A program made the translations under genes and the position numbers. Below are positions 61,520 through 64,000 of a stretch of DNA of 64,000 bases, piece after piece. Source of the stretch: Nitrosopumilus sp. (lineage in GTDB: Archaea > Thermoproteota > Nitrososphaeria > Nitrososphaerales > Nitrosopumilaceae); contig OZ245003.1 of the NCBI GenBank assembly GCA_965223425.1, forward strand, positions 1,056,001 through 1,120,000, in the 5' to 3' direction. The first letter of the stretch is position 1. Each line of letters starts with the position of its first letter. A model generated the notes under the pieces. That model did not search any database. It saw only the letters and a list, made by a program, of their open reading frames with translations, and was not told the origin of the DNA.

Positions 61520-63963
61520 CAGTAGTTCCCAGATGTAGATTTGCCGCAACCGCAACTGGCATCGGTTCTACTTGCCTCGATCATTGACAAACAACTCGTT
61601 TCTGCTTGTAATATGCACAATAAACAACGCCATGGTGAGTTTTTTTCCCGCAGAAGACACTCTTCCGTGCCTCTTTCCTGCATCAAGGCAGAACCTGGCA
61701 ATCCTCCACAGGTTGTACAGCAGCAGCGGCAGGTAAAACATCAGCAGCCTCACAGCCAGGGAGTTGCTGCATGTCCTGCCCATGATCTCCTTTATGACGC
61801 GAAATCCCGTCTCGATGCCCCATCTTGCGGTACTGCTCCGGTATGATGCCTGTCATGGCCCTGGCACTCCTGATGGGAATGTTTGTTGCAAACGCAATGT
61901 ATTGCTCCTCTTCCCCCTCCTTTTTCTTCTTCTTCTTCCTGTCTCTTTTGACAATTACAAGGTTGTAGGTCACAGTTACGCCGTCTTTGTTGGTCATTGA
62001 CTGCTGCGATACCTGGCTTGCCTTTCCGTCCTTGTACATCTTGACTATCCTCTTGATCTTGGAGTTCATGATGACAGGCATGGTGTAGCGGCACCCGCCC
62101 TTTCCTGCCTCTGTCATGCAGTCAGCGCTGTAAAAGGCGCGGTCGTACAGGAACACATTCTTTGAGTGTGCGCCCCTCCTCTGAGGATTTTCGTGCGTGT
62201 TTTGGCTATAAAATCGGCCAGTTTCTCCTTTGCTGGCAGCAGCTGCGACTCTGGGACAGCCTGCGAGGAGTCCCTGCCGACTCCGTGCACTGCGACATAC
62301 GAGAGAAACGTGGATGTTCCTGTCCTTGGACGCGACTTTCTTGTATGCTCCTGCAGCTGTTCCCCATGGTATGGCGTGTCCGTAACGTCTATTGCAATGG
62401 CGTCGATGTCCTGCAGCATTCCTGCACGGCAGGCGTGCCGTACCGTGCGTGCCAGCGTCCTTGCACACCAGCCCTGCACGTCTGCCGGTTCGACGCCACG
62501 GACTGCAGACATGACCGGGCCTGCATCAGGCGTACGTGCACCCGTGTCTTGAAGCCTGTTGCGCCGTACGGGGGATTCTACAAACGTGTTTCTCTCAGAC
62601 GCCCTGATTGGCACGTCCAGTATGTCGCCGCATCCGTATACGGCGTTGTGCCTCTCAGACATTGGCATGCCAAGCTTTTGAAACGACGAGCGCAGGATTT
62701 TAAACCGGTTTGATGTTATATTGTACTGGTGTGCGATCAGATTGTCTTGTGTTTGAAGGGGGGTTGTCGCCAAATTCACATCAAGCTGCCACCACCTGAA
62801 TATTTCGCCTTGCGGCACACTCTAGACGGTTTAGCACCTCAAGGTTCCATCCTATTGTCTTGCACAGTCCAAACCGCCTTCTTGTGGATGTCTTTCTGAA
62901 CCTGCACAGCAGCCGGTGGCCCTCTGTCTCCTCTGCTCCAAATATTCCCTCTATCATGCCTCTTTTTTTGTAGATCTCCCCGTCAAACAGCCCTGCGGCC
63001 TTTTTCCTGAACTTTTTTGTTCTGTTCACTGCATTGCCCCTCTGTTTTATGTTCGGGGTCATGCCGGCACCAAAGACAAGCCTGCAGTTCCTATCAGAAT
63101 CATACCCCCTGTCTGCATTGAACCTGCCTGCAAAGGCAATGCCTGTCTTTTTGATCTTCTTTAGCAGCGAGGCAAAGACTGTAGTGTCTGCCATCCTGTT
63201 GGATGTGATGCGGCAGGAGTGTATGACCTGCAGGCCCAGTACCGAGGCCACGTGCCATTTCAGGTATTTCTTTTGACGCTTTGCCTCCTGTTGTGCCTGT
63301 TTTTGGCCTTTTTTTGCACCCTTTCATACCTGTCAGTGGCAACGCCGCTGCTGTCTGATGCCAGCGTGAGATCAGAGACGTCAAATCCTGCAAGGCACGA
63401 TGCTGCCGTGACGGCAACCATGTCCTCAAGCCACGCAACAGGAATCTTTTGCATGAACCTGGCAATGGTGCTGTGATCCGGCAGGGGTTCGTTCCACGGC
63501 ATCCTCAGCAGGGCTGCAAGATTCTCCATGTCCCTGAATGTAAAGTCAAGGCACACCGTGAGTATGCAGAGAAATGCAAGCTTGTTTTTGTCATGTACCG
63601 GTTTGCGCCCCGCACCAGACCTTCTGGCATGTACGGGACACGGATTTTTCACAATCAAAGAAACTATATGGGACGTGAGAAAATCCAGTTCTTGGGTGTG
63701 GGCATCGTGATAGTACTTCCAGTACTGATCACGTCTCTTATGGTATGTCATTGGGAAACCCACACCTCCCTGATCAATATGCGTGAAAAATCACAAAATT
63801 AGATCATTTGGTCGAATTTGGCGACAACCCCGTTTGAAGGCTCATGACATCTTGCACACCGTAACCTAATCTGGATCTTTGCATTGCAGTTATTATGCGG
63901 TAACGCACCGGCATCTGGGCATAAATCTACATCTGGGCATAAATCTACATCTGGGAACTACTG
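61520..63963 (-). mobile_element. ISH3-like element A, frameshifted copy interrupted by an IS5-family element
   Basis: both TIRs present; high similarity to 858..2223; flanks ATAT / ATGT. Confidence 0.9.
62760..63831 (-). mobile_element. IS5-family element (IS903-like architecture); transposase in two frames 63260..63763 and 62781..63251
   Basis: perfect 18-bp TIR GGGGTTGTCGCCAAATTC; 9-bp TSD GTTTGAAGG; PDHSTI, SDSSG, ADRGYD, YKKRGMIEGIFG. Confidence 0.9.
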
Positions 63964-64000
63964 ATGTTACTTCTTTTGACAAAACAACCTCCCAATTCAT

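Noticed and set aside
61305-61562. 85-aa ORF upstream of the unusual tRNA
   Set aside because: It starts inside the IS terminus and has no recognisable motif, so it cannot be supported as a gene.

Overview
Window from an ammonia-oxidising archaeon of the Nitrosopumilaceae type (Thaumarchaeota). This is inferred from an AOA-type nirK, a LysW-based Lys/Arg operon with two carriers, split MetH, an atypical FtsZ-like protein and rpo7/spt4. Two intact AT-rich core blocks (about 5.6-36.2 kb and 45.5-59.6 kb) alternate with three visibly GC-richer piles of nested insertion sequences (1-5.5 kb, 36.3-45.4 kb, 59.7-64 kb; IS630, ISH3/IS4-like, IS5, IS66, several MITEs). The piles also hold a RelE-type toxin-antitoxin pair, restriction-modification/Schlafen debris and an orphan ParA pair. 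Four observations stand out. (1) A well-formed long-variable-arm tRNA gene with serine identity features but a Phe (GAA) anticodon, whose TATA box is enclosed by an inverted repeat. (2) IS630-family elements whose terminal TA belongs to the element and which duplicate CG, CA or TA, shown against an uninterrupted reference in this window. (3) A LysW carrier ending in EDWGQ instead of EDWGE. (4) A half-size deoxyhypusine-hydroxylase-like HEAT protein. All family assignments come from motif recognition by eye; no database searches were run.
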